Source: Lytechinus variegatus
Lineage: Eukaryota
NCBI RefSeq assembly: GCF_018143015.1
Contig: NC_054743.1
Location: 35,339,243 to 35,403,242, forward strand
DNA: 64,000 bases
Direction of reading: 5' to 3'
Shown in pieces: positions 1 to 12,511 of the stretch; positions within the stretch are counted from its first letter, which is position 1; each line of letters opens with the position of its first letter. The notes beneath the pieces were generated by a model. It did no database searches and was not told the DNA's origin. It was given only the letters and a program-made list of their open reading frames with translations. The position numbers and the translations under genes are program-made.

Positions 1-692
1 TCCTACCTCTTGCAAATAATTTTTTCGCAACTATATTTTGATGAAATATCACCATACTTTTATGAAATGCATTACAGAGAGAAACAGCATAGAGAGAATG
101 AAAAAAAAGTACTCATTACAGTTCTCTTTATAAAAAAAATATAAATCTTTTCTAACTTTGACCTGAGATTGTAACCAAATCTTTACTAAGATGTAATTGC
201 ACTACAGACTTATCCCTTTCAATGTGGAATTTCAATGTAGTGCATGACAACAATATAATTTAGGATGGACATTTAAAATACATGTGATTTTTCATAAGGA
301 TTGAAATGGTAACTAATTAGTCCATCTGATAGAAATAACCATATCGATAATTGATAAGTTTTCATTTCGTGAAGAAACATAGAAGGAAAGTGTATTTTCT
401 TATTAGACAATTATCTAAGATTACTTCAAACTATTATTTCAATGACCAGGAGATGTTATTAATTGGCAACACAATTCTGATCACAATCAGACTTAAAACT
501 AATTAATTTTGAGGATTTTTATTATTTTTGATTACAAAAAAGATATGAAAGATGCTCAAGTCAAGTGGAATCATGACTTTTTGTGCATAACATATTGGGT
601 GGTAGTTCCTACCCCAGCCTACCTGAAACCAAATCTTTAACTACTTTTTACTCATCCCAGAGGCAAACTCTCCAGGATTTCATAGAAGCACA

Positions 693-1160
693 GTGCTGAG
701 CAATTATTTGAGAAGCAACCGCTCTCCAGGAATCCCGCCCATCACAATCTCAACCTCCATCAGTTTGCAATCATCCGAGAAGCAACCTCAATCCAGGAAT
801 CCCGCCCATCACAATCTCAACCTTCATCAGTTTGCAATCATCCGAGAAGCAACCTCAATCCAGGAATCCCGCCCATCACAATCTCAACCTTCATTAGTGT
901 GCAATCATCGAGAAGCAACCTCAATCCAGGAATCCCGCCCATCACAATCTCAACCTTCATCAGTTTGCAATCATCCGAGAAGCAACCTCAATCCAGGAAT
1001 CCCGCCCATCACAATCTCAACCTTCATCAGTTTGCAATCATCCGAGAAGCAACCTCAATCCAGGAATCCCGCCCATCACAATCTCAACCTCCATCAGTTC
1101 GCAATCATCCGAGAAGCAACCTCAATCCAGGAATCTGTTCGTGCGATCTCCAGATGTTGA
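693..1160. repeat. minisatellite, about 60-bp unit x about 7.5 (gcaatcatccgagaagcaacctcaatccaggaatcccgcccatcacaatctcaaccttcatcagttt)
   Basis: Direct tandem copies with a 60-bp period visible in the sequence. The overlapping ORFs 693..1160 and 899..1213 are repeat artefacts. Confidence 0.9.
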
Positions 1161-1600
1161 ATGTAGTGGGTAAGCTGGTTGAGGTTGAGATGATCGGTGG
1201 GCTTGGTAGATGATAGTTTCTGGGCACAACACACGACCAGAGACACCATCAACACTCTCAGAAGTTTGCCACCAATCTTCCCTCCTATGAAACAAAGAAA
1301 TCAAGACACAGAGGTGTAAAGCAAAACTAAAAGAGGGCCTTTCTCATATTCATTACTTTTATTATCACATATGTAATTTCATGCTTCATTTATTGATTCA
1401 ACCATGTTTACAAACAGATAAAAAAGTTACAAAAATATTCAAAGAACAATACATCAGAAAATAATACAAAGTAAAAATTGTTAATGGGGAATAAGAGCTT
1501 GTTGGTGGGGCTACCTACATGTAACAAATATGAGTAGCAAAGACAAGTATTATAAACATGTATTCTCTCAATTATCTTATGTAATTGAATTTTGCCACAT

Positions 1601-2010
1601 AAGACAACACAATAGCCACCACCAACACCATCACTACCACCACCGCCACCACTACCATTAACTACTACTAATCCTACTACTGCTACTAAAACAACACAAT
1701 AGCCATCACCAACACCATCACTATCACCACCACCGCTACCATTAACTACTACTAATCCTACTACTGCTACTAAAACAACACAATAGCCATTACCAACACC
1801 ATCACTACCACCACCACCACCACCATTAACTACTACTAATCCTACTACTGCTACTAAACCAATACAATAGCCATTACCAACACCATCACTACCACCACCA
1901 CCACCACCATTAACTACTACTAATCCTACTACTGCTACTAAACCAATACAATAGCCATCACCAACACCAACACCATCACAACCATTAACTACTACTAGTC
2001 CTACTACTGC
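1601..2010. repeat. minisatellite, about 81-87-bp unit x 5 (aacacaatagccat.accaacaccatcactaccaccacc...ctactactgctactaaa)
   Basis: Tandem periodicity by eye. It is followed by a G11 homopolymer at 2041-2051. Confidence 0.85.
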
Positions 2011-2189
2011 TGCTACTCAGTAGTGATCTAGTTATTTGCTACAAGGGGGGGGGGGTGTGGACAAGTTGATTTGACCCAACAATGATGAGCTGTGTCATAA
2101 TGCATCCTATTCCACTACTGTTCTGCTTGCATGATCCCACACTCCTATTCAAATTATTTGCAGGGAACCAGTAGTTGGGGTTTAAACGC

Positions 2190-2285
2190 CCCCCACCCCC
2201 CGCTTTACCACCGCTACTACTATCACTACTACTACTTCTACTACTACTGCTGCTGCTACTACATGTACTACTACTTCTAACTATA

Positions 2286-2352
<67 letters not shown>

Positions 2353-2384
2353 CTACTTCTCCTACTCCTACTACTACGACTATG

Positions 2385-2416
<32 letters not shown>

Positions 2417-2440
2417 TATACAAACTAGCTTGAGTATATA
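2190..2440. repeat. (ACT)n trinucleotide microsatellite, about 80 units, nearly pure
   Basis: Runs of ctactacta. The ORFs 2039..2599(-) and 2175..2537(+) are poly-V and poly-T artefacts. Confidence 0.95.
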
Positions 2441-2635
2441 CTTACCAAGTGAGTATATGCCTGCATTCTTGAGCAGGCCAAACAGTTTCACAAAGCTTAC
2501 ATGTTTACCAAGAGTAAAGAATAACTGCAGTTCCTGAAACATGACATGGCAGAAAACAATACAAGACTGGATGTTGATGATAATAATGATATGAAACATT
2601 TATATAACACTTAATACAGATGTTTCTAAGTGCTG

Positions 2636-2850
2636 CATATTATTACCACGGCTTTAGCACGACAATTATGATCGGATACTCAAGCATTCAAGGAATTCCT
2701 TCCTACCAAATATACTGCACCTGGGTGGAGAGTGGCAAACGTAAATAACGCCTTGCCAAAGGACGCAGTGCTGCGGCAGGGTTTGAACCCCGGACCTTAT
2801 GTTTACATTGCAATTATTGCAACTACATTGGAAACCTTGACTTTGATTGG
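2636..2850 (-). mobile_element. SINE family 1 copy (tRNA-derived head, conserved core tgctgcactcgacccaggtgaggtgaatgggtacc, AT-rich tail)
   Basis: It shares the head and core with the copies at 4451-4745, 4778-4995, 29283-29565, 45040-45185, 48350-48625 and 54836-55105. Confidence 0.7.
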
Positions 2851-3676
2851 CTGCTCAGACTTGTTACCATGAAAGTTATCAAAATGACAAATATACAATT
2901 ATGAGTCCTTTTATAGGAAACTGGCAGCTCTTCATACAAGTTAAAGTCAAATGGATGATTGCAAAATTGCTTTTATAACCATAATTCACTTTACATATCA
3001 ATAAAAATATTCTTAAATATAACAATTTAAAAACTATAGGGGCCTATATATTTATTAGGAAAATCAAACTGCGAATACTTAAAGAACCTGAAATCATATA
3101 TATTTCCTTTTTTAACCTATTGTGATAGATGTAAGAAATTGAAATATATCTCTAAAATTGATCAAAGTTTATTTCTTGTAAGAATAAGCCGTTTTTATTC
3201 ATAATATGACCTAGGGAACATGAGACATATGACCTCTGATCATCGCCACTCCAAAATGCAACTAGTACATGAGACTAGTTTGTAGTTGATCCCTCAAACA
3301 GCACTTTATGTATCTTTGTGACCTTAAAAGACATCATCACCCAAAATCTATTCAGGTTATTGCCACTATAATACCATCTGAAGAAATCGAGCTTTCTCTG
3401 CATTTACTTTTACGCACGACAGAGCAAGTGCATTATTTGTTTTATAAAATAGCAACACAGAAACAATTTCTTAAAAAGTTACAGTACAGTTTTGTTGGAC
3501 TTCTCCTGGGACTTCTACTGCACTGGTTTGCTTGAGCATGCAATATCAATTTTCATTGCGCACCTTTTGCACTGTCGTGCAGTGCACCAAAAAAGTTGGA
3601 TGTCACGTGACGCGTATTGGCCAATCGCGATGCTTTCAGAACTAATACACCTATTTTATAAAACTTGTTATACTTA

Positions 3677-3736
3677 CAGGCTCCCATTCATCACTGGAAC
3701 TAGCATCATCATCATCATCATCTGGATCGTCTACAC
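3677..3736 (-). CDS. small poly-Asp exon (CVDDPDDDDDDASSSDEWEP)
   Basis: Acceptor tttttttctttgtggcag| and donor CCT|gtaagt, 60 nt, phase 0 to 0. Confidence 0.35.
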
Positions 3737-4450
3737 ACTGCCACAAAGAAAAAAATCAAGACTTTCATTAATGCACATTATATAAGGCCCATAACTGGTG
3801 TGTTAATAACATGTACATGTATTTTGTTCTGCATAATTTGCCCACATGGAAGACTGTACATGTATTGCAAGATGCACTAAAATTCTCCAATGGCTTATGT
3901 ACAAAACTTGCGATGCAATATCTTGTATTTCAATGTAAACAATAAACAAAATAAAAATCCACTAATAGAAGCTGATACAAGTATAGAAATGTACATAGTG
4001 CTTACACTGAACAGATCCAGGACAAGCAAGGATTCCAGGGTGTCCTTGTCCGGTAACGACTCCACTATAACAGGAACCACGAAAGGTTCTAGGGTCATCA
4101 TGTAACCGTTCACGGCCTGCTTTAAAACGGAGAGCTCCCCCGTTGTCCATCCAGGGAAAGACTCTGGTATGTTTCCAGTACACAAGGCCCTCTGCCACAT
4201 CCCTAACTCATGCGGCCGGGTGTAGACGCGAGATGTCATTTCTTCAACTGCAAATGATAACAAAAGCGATTACCAAATTGACTATGTACATGCATCATAT
4301 ATTCTTTAAAGCTTTCAAAAGCTGTATCATTTTCACAATTGAAGCACGCAACTAAAAACACAACCATGAACTCGCCATGAAAGACAACACACAAAAACAC
4401 TATTGGGAAACTCCAACAGTTAGGAATTTTAAATGGTAAATAGTACTCTA

Positions 4451-4745
4451 TGGAAGCGTCACCGTCCAGTGGTTCTGACACTTGCCTTTCAATCAGAGGG
4501 TCGTGGGTTTGAATCCTACTCCGGGCGTTAATTTTCTTCAGCAAGACATTCATCCACATTGGCTGCACTCAACCCAGGTGAGATGAATGGCTACCTGGTA
4601 GGAATAATGCCTTTATATTTTAGGGTATATGGTGGCTCAGCAACACAGCCTTGGTGATATTAAGCGCAGAAGACTATACGCATATACATGTGGTAGCTGG
4701 GCTATAAAAATGGATATTACTATCAACAGCTTTATAATAATACCA
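4451..4745 (+). mobile_element. SINE family 1 copy
   Basis: tRNA-like head ccagtggttctgacacttgcctttcaatcagagggtcgtgggtttgaatcc, then the conserved core and an A/T tail. Confidence 0.8.
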
Positions 4746-4777
4746 ACATGCTTCGTCCCTATGCGCTTAAAATTGGA

Positions 4778-4995
4778 TATTATTACCATGGCTTTAGCCC
4801 TGCAGCCTTTTATTGCACGGTAGCATTTCAAGGAACAAAATCCTGCCAGGTACCCATTTACCCCACCAAGGTCGAGTGCAGCACAATGTGGATAAATTTC
4901 TTGCAGAAATTACGCTTGGCTGGGATTCGAACCAATGACCATCTGTTTCAAAGTCAGAAGAGTCAGAATCCACTAGGCCACAACGCGCCACAGCT
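4778..4995 (-). mobile_element. SINE family 1 copy (inverted, adjacent to the previous copy)
   Basis: Reverse complement of the head ggcctagtggattctgactcttctgactttgaaacagatggtcattggttcgaatcccagcc plus the core. Confidence 0.8.
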
Positions 4996-5107
4996 TACTA
5001 TTCTATATGATTGTACTTCATCAAATAAAGTTACAAGTGTTTCCATTTTCTGGTCCGAGAAAGGAAGACACGGTTTGGAGTGGAACCAATAGCAGAACTA
5101 AATTCAC

Positions 5108-5342
5108 CTGTTACTTCCTCTCCATCTGAAGGAGACCTTGAACGTGACCTTGCACGTGACCTTGAGCGTGACCTTGAGAGTGACATTCTCAAACTTCTTC
5201 CCACTGTCCTACCTGTCCAGAACTGACGCATCTTACCCCGCCCCTCCTCCTCGGTCTCCTCCTCGGTCCCCTCCTCCTCGTCAAATAAGTCATACCCCAT
5301 ATCATCATCCGATTCCTCTGAACTTCCTCCTTCTAATATCAA
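5108..5342 (-). CDS. acidic plus RS-rich exon (LILEGGSSEESDDDMGYDLFDEEEGTEEETEEEGRGKMRQFWTGRTVGRSLRMSLSRSRSRSRARSRSRSPSDGEEVT)
   Basis: Strong acceptor ttcctcctttttcag| and donor ACAG|gtgaat, 235 nt, phase 0 to 1. It contains an Arg-Ser dipeptide run. Confidence 0.5.
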
Positions 5343-5469
5343 CTGAAAAAGGAGGAACAAAATCATACATACATACATGTATATCCCACCTCAAAAAAAA
5401 AATCTTAAAATCCATATTCTATTGATCGAAATAGACACCAGAAATGAAAAACTCCAAAAATTTGTTTTG

Positions 5470-5665
5470 CCCAATTGATCATGGGCCCGAAAGCCGTCGT
5501 GCAGCGCCATATCGACGAGGCTCTATCCCTTTTACTCATTAAATGCCAAACAGGGTAGCAGCAACTCCCATCTTTTAACGTCTTTTGGTCTGACGCGGCC
5601 AGGGTTTGAACTCCCCACCTCCCGGTTGTGAGACGGACGCTCTACCAACTAAGCCAACATACCTT
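5470..5665 (-). mobile_element. SINE family 2 copy (tRNA-like head ggctcagttggtagagcgtccgtctcacaaccgg..gttcaaaccc)
   Basis: About 200 bp; near-identical copies at 35255-35450(-) and 51150-51355(+). Confidence 0.8.
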
Positions 5666-5985
5666 TTGGATGCTATCGCTAATGGTGTTGGATCATGTCT
5701 CTTTCTTTCACTGAAATGTCGTACAATTGCATAAATAAGCATACTTATTGTACAACACCTCAGCAGTTGGAGAAAACATAAATGATAATCAACTTTTTTC
5801 TTATGTTAAACTATGAATATGATGAAACAATTTAATATTGAAAGCAAAAAAACACAAAATCCCTCAAGGGCGAATCATAATTATCTGTCAGTAAAGCAGT
5901 TTTTTTTAGCAAGTAGACAATACACACATTGGACCTGCATTTATTTACTCAGCGCAAATGAATATCGTCACATAACTTCCTAATG

Positions 5986-6361
5986 CCCCTTTCATAAACC
6001 CATCCTCCAATTATCCGCCTAAGAATAATGCGGATAATTCAATAAAAATTGCGTTCACAAACTCTGAAAATAATCCGCACTTTTTTTTACGAGCGCCCAA
6101 CCTGAAAAAGGCGATTAATTGTCATAGCAACTGCACACGCCCCCTCCGATGGGGTTGCGTTGGAAAAGGGTGACCTTGTGACCACACCATGGCAATTATC
6201 CGCATTACTTTGGAAATGCGTTCATAAAGTCAAAATCTGGTCCCGATGCTGCTATTATGCGGATAATAGCAGCATCGAAATAATGCGGATAACTCTGGTC
6301 CTCCTCCGATTTTACAACCAAATTATGCGGCTATTATCCGCATAATTGGGTTTATGAAAGG
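5986..6361. mobile_element. MITE with TIR ccccttt(c)ataaaccca; internal palindromic motif attatccgcataat x4
   Basis: The terminal inverted repeat 5986-6003 matches the reverse complement at 6343-6361. Confidence 0.6.
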
Positions 6362-6995
6362 GGTATAAGACACACAACAGTACATTTTGGAAGGTATGTG
6401 TGCAATGGTATGAAAGGTCATATTGATGCATGAATGTTTGACGGATTAGAATGAAAATATGCTTTTTCTCATGAAAACTTGAGGTAATTTGAGACAGCTT
6501 TGGAAAATAAACTGTATACATGTGTGGTTCCTCCCTTAAAGCCAGTCAAGATCATATTGCATTCTGGGAAAGGATACTGGGTGGATATGAGGTAATTCAT
6601 ATCTTGGGATGGTAATGCTTTAAAGTAAAAGTAGCGATTACAATCTCAAAATGAATTCGAACAGAATCCAATAAAATATGTGCCAAATATCTCTGGAAGA
6701 GAATACGCAATTGCTGAGAAATGAGCAAAATAAGCACGGAATTCCATCAAATTTCAGGCATTTTTCAAAGCACTATTACTACACTGACCCACATATGCTT
6801 TTCTGTGCAAGTTATCAGAATTATCGATTTCGAGCTAAGATTTCATGATTTTACATATACAAGTTTTTATTAATGTAATGGATGTAGATGTATGATAATA
6901 TTTTGACAATTAACCTTGATTTAAAAGACTTTCTCGTGAAATAATTGTTTGCTGCAACTACTGTGTTTAACCTTTAGATACATGTGATTGCTTAC

Positions 6996-7085
6996 CAAAT
7001 CTGATTGGACATTCTTCCTCTTCGCAGGAGCCAAATAAACCTCTTCTTTGTGTCTTTCTTCCTCAAGAGCATCAAAACATTCTTC
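6996..7085 (-). CDS. cassette exon A (EECFDALEEERHKEEVYLAPAKRKNVQSDL)
   Basis: Acceptor ctattgtcgtag| and donor TTG|gtaagc, 90 nt, phase 0 to 0. The intron flank (acatgtgattgcttaccaa..atctgattggaca) is shared with the A-prime copy. Confidence 0.4.
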
Positions 7086-7269
7086 CTACGACAATAGCGA
7101 ATGAAAAAATAAAAAAGAGACAATAATATATCGTTGAATGTGATAAATACCATGCACTCTCACGATGTCTGAATATGAGGGTGCATAATAGGACCGAGTT
7201 TGAAGTTGATTTATGAAAGGGTTCTTAGAGGTCGAGTTCACTCCAGAAAATGTTGATTTGAATAAATAG

Positions 7270-7860
7270 AGAAAAATCAAACTAGATTAATGATGAAAAA
7301 TTCATCAAAAACGGTTGTAAAATGAGAAAGTTATGACATTTTAAACTTTCCCTTATTTATCACAAAATAATGATAGGTACAACTCAGTGACATGCAAATG
7401 ATGATGTCCCTCACTCACTATTTATTTGTTTTTAACTTAAACAATATTTCATTTTTGTAAACAGATTTGACAATAAGGTCCACCTTGACTGAACCATACA
7501 GTATTAAACAATGCTAATATCACATGTTCAGGGAGGAATTAATCATTGTTTCATTTGACAATGAGGAGAAAATTAGAACATTTCATATTTCATATAATAA
7601 AATACAAAAGAAATAGTGAGTGGGTGACATCATCAGTCTTCTCATTTGAATACCGACAAGGATGTGCATATAACTGTTTTGTGAAATTACATGTAAGCAA
7701 AACTTTAAAATGTCATAACTTCCTTGTTTTACATCTGATTTTGATGAAATTTTCAGTGTTAAGCTTGTTGGATTTTTCTCTTTATATTCAAATCAACTTT
7801 CTGTTGGGGTGGACTTGTCCTTTAAGTTATCAAGAGAATGAAAAGGGGACGAACGGACAG
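7270..7860. mobile_element. foldback/MITE-like element family E (internal inverted repeats agtgagtgggtgacatcatcag; tcatcaaaatcagatgtaaaacaaggaagttatgacatttt)
   Basis: Paralogous copies at 14290-14830 and 50040-50640 with the same internal hairpin architecture. Confidence 0.6.
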
Positions 7861-8126
7861 ACGCACCGAAAACATAATGCTGCACGTTGTACAATCCAAC
7901 TACAGCAGGATTTTGAACAAATAGCATTTATGCATTGAAAAAGAAAGTATCAAGAGGTGAAATTATTCTAATTGAAGTTTGGCATAATGCTAGTCATACT
8001 AAAATTGCTTTGCTGCAGGCCTTGCGGTCGAACTTCCCTAAATCGGCTTTAAAGGGGAATGAAACCTTTGGAACAAGTAGGCTTGTGTCGAAACAGAAAA
8101 ATCAAAGAATAAGAACAAAGAAAGTT

Positions 8127-8566
8127 TGAGAAAAATCGGACAAATAATGAGAAAGTTATGAGCATTTGAATATTGCAATCTGTAATGCTATGGAGATCCT
8201 CCTATTGGCAACACGACAAGGATGTGTGATGTCACACATGAACAACTTTCCCTTTGATGGACTATGAAATACCCTGAAAATGTGTCTTTTTGCTTTTTTG
8301 TATGGTGATACAAACTCTTTATCCATGATGTATTCTTTAAAAATCTGTATTACATGCCCTCCTATAGAAAGAATACATGTTCTACTGATAGATGTAATAA
8401 AAGAGGCAATTTAAGTGAAATATATACTAAAGTAATGGGGAGAGTTGTTCAAGAGTGACATCACACATCTTTGTCGCATTGCCAATGTGAGGATCTCCAT
8501 AGCATTAGTGATCGCAATATTCAAATGCTCATAACTTTCTCATTATTTGTCCGATTTTTCTCAAAC
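8127..8566. mobile_element. foldback element with about 110-bp terminal inverted repeats
   Basis: 8127-8237 is the reverse complement of 8456-8566 (ttgagaaaaatcggacaaataatgagaaagttatgagcatttgaatattgc...). Confidence 0.75.
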
Positions 8567-8589
8567 TTTCGTTGATCTGTTTCTTTCAT

Positions 8590-9290
8590 TTTTCTGTTTT
8601 CACACAAGCTATCTTGGTCCAATGGTTTCATTCTCCTTTAAATCGCAGCCGATCGGGACGTCATTACGATTTGAATTTGCTTTTATTCCTACAGGAAGCT
8701 TTTTATGACTGGAATTTGATTTTAGTATTCATACCACTCTTCGGAAACATTAAATGTTAACGATTTATGGGTTGGAATGATCATATCAAATGTTAAATTT
8801 CTTTGAAAATCGTATCGCAACTGATCGTGAAGGGTGTGCTTGTCTTTCAATAGAACACAATGAGACAAACAAATCTGAGACGCTGCAATAAACACTCATT
8901 TTGCAAAGTCTCATAATGGCTTCCCAAGCCCACAAGGGTAATGTAAATGTCAAACACCTTAAAAAGGGGGGGGGGGGAATCTGAGATCCATTTTATCTAA
9001 GATAAAATTAAAAAAATGTCATCTTTGTTAAATCAGTGAGATAAATACCCTAAAGTCTCTCCACATTGGTGTTCTGAGAACCATACAAGAAAGTACAATA
9101 AATGATAAAATACTTACTAAATCTCCGAACAGTACATCTAGTGCTTCTTCTTCTTTCTGCTTTTTGGCTTTGTCTCTATCGCGTCTCCTATCACCCTGAA
9201 ATGAAAAAAATGGAATCAAGAATGAGGGAGGTGCATTTTAGAGAAACTACAAATAACCATGAATCCATATTAGGGTGATTCAATACTACC
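8590..9290. repeat. segmental duplication copy 1 (about 0.7 kb, carries exon B and flanking intron); copy 2 at 11840-12690
   Basis: Long collinear similarity including gattttagtattcatacc...gttaacatt...atcaaatg(c/t)taaatttct(c/t)tgaaaatcg and the exon B region. Confidence 0.7.
9118..9195 (-). CDS. cassette exon B (GDRRRDRDKAKKQKEEEALDVLFGDL)
   Basis: Acceptor tttttttcatttcag| and donor TTA|gtaagt, 78 nt, phase 0 to 0. Confidence 0.4.
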
Positions 9291-9655
9291 GTTTTCATAC
9301 TGAAGGTGAAGTGGAATTACTCCGGAATAACTCCGGATTGAGTTTATACGCTTGTACTGCGGACCGACTTTAAACCCCCTTTCATATTGGCAAGCACCGC
9401 AGCAGTGTATCCGCAGTCGTTGCAATGGTTTCCAAGCGAGTTCGCGCCATACGTGTGGCGAGATCACAGCGATAAGCGCATACCGCATTTCCGGTGCGGA
9501 GTAACTCCGTTTGTAACCCTCTTCTGGAAGTGGGTTGAGTACTCCGCTTTGAATCCGGATCGAACTAATCTCAGAATTTTCATATTGCCCTCCAAAGTGG
9601 AGCAACTCCTTCTGGACTCCGGACTTACTCCACTTCAGCTCTCACTATGAAAGGG
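9283..9655. mobile_element. MITE with TIR ttttcatactgaaggtgaagtgga
   Basis: 9286-9310 is the reverse complement of 9625-9650. It sits at the edge of duplication copy 1 and is absent from copy 2. Confidence 0.6.
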
Positions 9656-11446
9656 GTAAACGTGTCCTACAGGAAATTTCAACAAAAATATCCGGTCTCT
9701 TAGCTGAATGCCTGAGCAATAAAATTTTCTGTTTTTTTCAATGAGAAAGTTATGGTGGGTAGTTATGTGAAAAACTGATAACCAGAGATGCCAACCTCTT
9801 GACACAAAAAATCAGACTGAATATCCTCAAAAATCATATTTTTTAGTGAAAAATCAGATTTTCACGAAAACTCAACATGACAAGTGCAAGCCTTGAATTA
9901 AGCAAGGCTTTAAAAAAAATTGCCCCCTGCTCGCGGGCTTTTTACAGGAACCGGGGGCAATTTTCTGGAACCAGGGGCAATTTTCTGGAACCAGGGGCAA
10001 TTAAAAAAAAGAATATAACTGTGAACCACACTCCAAATTTGTTTATAGTAAGTGCAACTCCTGCAATTTTTTAATAAGTAGTAAGTAATAGGCTTTTTAA
10101 ACAACTAAGAAATCAGAGTTAAATGTTTAAGCGTGTTTTGACACCCTCACTCCACATCCCCTTTACATGGGCTGATTTACTTTTCATCTTTAATGAACCA
10201 CAAACAATGAACCCCCCCAAAAAAAAAAATCTAAATCAATGAATAAAATAAACATAAAAAAGAGAGAATTCAGATCAAATAATAACTTAGAAAAAAAAAT
10301 TTTAAGTTTTTTTTTTCATGGTTAGAATCACGGTTGTGGGTGAGTGTTTGTGTATGATTGTGACTGTGAGGCGCACTTTGATTGCATATAAATTATGTTA
10401 AAGAAATGAAGAAATTAAATCAATATCTAACTCAGTCTGTTCAAATTCCAGCACATAGCCACAGGCTACATGTGATTTTTTAAATGTACATGTATCGTAG
10501 GTTCATGTACCTTAAGTTTTTCACAAGTTTTTTGAAAACGCAGATATTCACAGAAAATGCCTTTCATTCAGGGGAGAGTCTAAATTCTGTGAAAATGTAT
10601 TCATTAATAACTTGAATATTCATCACAATGAAGGAATCATCAAGTTTTTTTGACAGTTATCAAAAATTAACATGATATCTAAACTCTATCTGAAACAGAA
10701 AATCACCATCACTTAGGCCATTACTGATAGAATTCTCACCCAGAGCTCTGGCAGAGAACGTGAGCTCAAACTGGCTAGCTAACAGCATACAAGTTCCACA
10801 CTCAAGTGCACGGCGTCCTCCTATTTTTTTTTTAGATGGAGCCTTGTTTATAATTTATTGTCTGATATTTACCCCTCACCAAGAAAGAAATTAAAAAGCT
10901 ATAATTCACAACTATTGATTTTGGATTAATAAGGCTCCGTTTTGACAAGCAAAGTCGGCGATGTGAGGATAAAAGACTCGAACATCCTATGTGCTGAGAA
11001 CGGGGATTTATCTCCTGTGCAATTCAAATTACTATTTCACAGAATTGTGATATCCCGACTGGAAATGTGTGCATTAGAAATTACACATGGTGAAGTAGGG
11101 GAAAAACTACTGGAAGCATGCGCGTACATGTATTACAGGAAAAAAAAAAGGGGGACGTAGCTCACTTTTTATGGTACTGAAAAAAAGACGCACTTGGCAA
11201 TTTGAAACTGTGCTTATACATAGCACACATATGGGACAAAAACAGGACAATCAAAGAAAGTCGGGAAATCGTATTTTTGATGGCCAAAATCGTACTGTCG
11301 TATTTTACTTGTTTTATCGTACTAAATACGATAAAATCGTACTGGTTGGCATCTCTGGATAACCAACAAAAAATGTTTGATTATGGGGGATTTAAAGGTG
11401 AAAAGGTGTGTTTCATAAGGGATTTTAAACACATGTGATTGCTTAC

Positions 11447-11569
11447 CAACAGATCTGATTGGACACTGTCTTTCTTTCCTTCAATAGCAGGAGCCATACT
11501 ACACAAAAAATCTATCGACCCAAACTCATCATCTTCTTCTTCAAGTACTATTTCTCCACACATCGTAGT
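11447..11569 (-). CDS. cassette exon A-prime (TTMCGEIVLEEEDDEFGSIDFLCSMAPAIEGKKDSVQSDLL)
   Basis: Acceptor tctttcgtag| and donor TTG|gtaagc, 123 nt, phase 0 to 0. Paralogue of 6996-7085. It resembles the human PARP4 acidic stretch SILCFLEVKEEDEIVCIQ. Confidence 0.45.
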
Positions 11570-12099
11570 CTACGAAAGAGAATGAAATACACAGGAAAAT
11601 ATATAAGGTCACTGAATGTAATGACTAACATGCCCTCTCGTGACGACCGTACATGTATGTGAGGATGCTTACTTGGACCAAGTTTGAAATTGATCCATAA
11701 GCGCTCAGAGACATGATTTGTGATAAGCGCTATACAAATAATGTTCATCATCATTATCATTATTATAAAATGGTTATCACGCAAATGACAAAAGTTTGGG
11801 TAGTCCTTTTCAGGACCGACAATTGCCTACAAAAGATGATGTACCATGAAACATACTACACTATTTTTCTTGACTTCGCCATGGAAACCTTCAGAAATTA
11901 CTTTCCTACAGGAAGCCATAAAATAGACAGAAATTTTGATTTTAGTATTCATACCAGAAACATTGATCGTTAACATTTTACGGGTTGGCATGACTATATC
12001 AAATGCTAAATTTCTCTGAAAATCGGATTGTGTGCACTGGGCTTTGGGTAGAACACATTGACAATGCAATAAACTTTCATTTTGCAAATAATGGCTACC

Positions 12100-12395
12100 C
12101 TTTCCTCCAGGGGAAGTGTGAGGGTTGAACAGGGGTGGTATGAGGAGACCTGGGATGGTAACTCCGGTAGGAACTCCGCAGAACAGCTTTATGCCAAGCT
12201 GGTATAAAACCAATTATCTTCATTAACACTTTATGTCTAGGTTAATCAGTCACAGTGGCTGAGCGTATATACAACAAAAAATACTCTCGGGTCTTTTTAT
12301 CAAAGAGGAGACAATGGCAGAGGAGGGATTTGAACTCACAACCTTACGGCTAAGAGTCAAGTGTTCTAACAACTATACCACAGACCCATTTTATC
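12100..12395 (-). mobile_element. SINE-like insertion with tRNA-like head (gggtctgtggtatagttgttagaacac...gagttcaaatccctcctctgcc), present only in duplication copy 2
   Basis: An insertion of about 290 bp relative to copy 1. It is tRNA-like but does not fold as a clean tRNA. Confidence 0.45.
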
Positions 12396-12511
12396 TCAGA
12401 TGAAATAAAAATCTCCTGTCAAATCAGTGAGATAAAATGCACCTAAAATCTCTCAGAATTAGTCGTCTGAGAACCATGCAAGAAAGTACAATAATAAATG
12501 ATAATACTTAC

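Noticed and set aside
693-1213. ORFs of 155 and 104 aa with an internally repeated peptide
   Set aside because: They lie entirely within a 60-bp minisatellite, and the periodic peptide simply mirrors the DNA repeat.
2039-2599. ORFs encoding poly-Val and poly-Thr (186 and 120 aa)
   Set aside because: They are an artefact of the (ACT)n microsatellite.
2740-2800. tRNA-like segment ggtccggggttcaaaccctgccgcagcac
   Set aside because: It is part of a SINE family 1 copy, not a free-standing tRNA.
3590-3625. CCAAT box plus E-box (cacgtgacgcgtattggccaatcgcg) as a promoter
   Set aside because: It lies inside an intron directly after a donor, and a similar block follows another donor at 34060-34150. 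It is more likely a repeat or intronic element than a core promoter.
12300-12385. A genuine tRNA gene (gggtctgtggtatagttgttagaacac...gagttcaaatccc)
   Set aside because: The acceptor stem does not pair and the anticodon arm is irregular. It is better explained as the tRNA-derived head of a SINE-like insertion.
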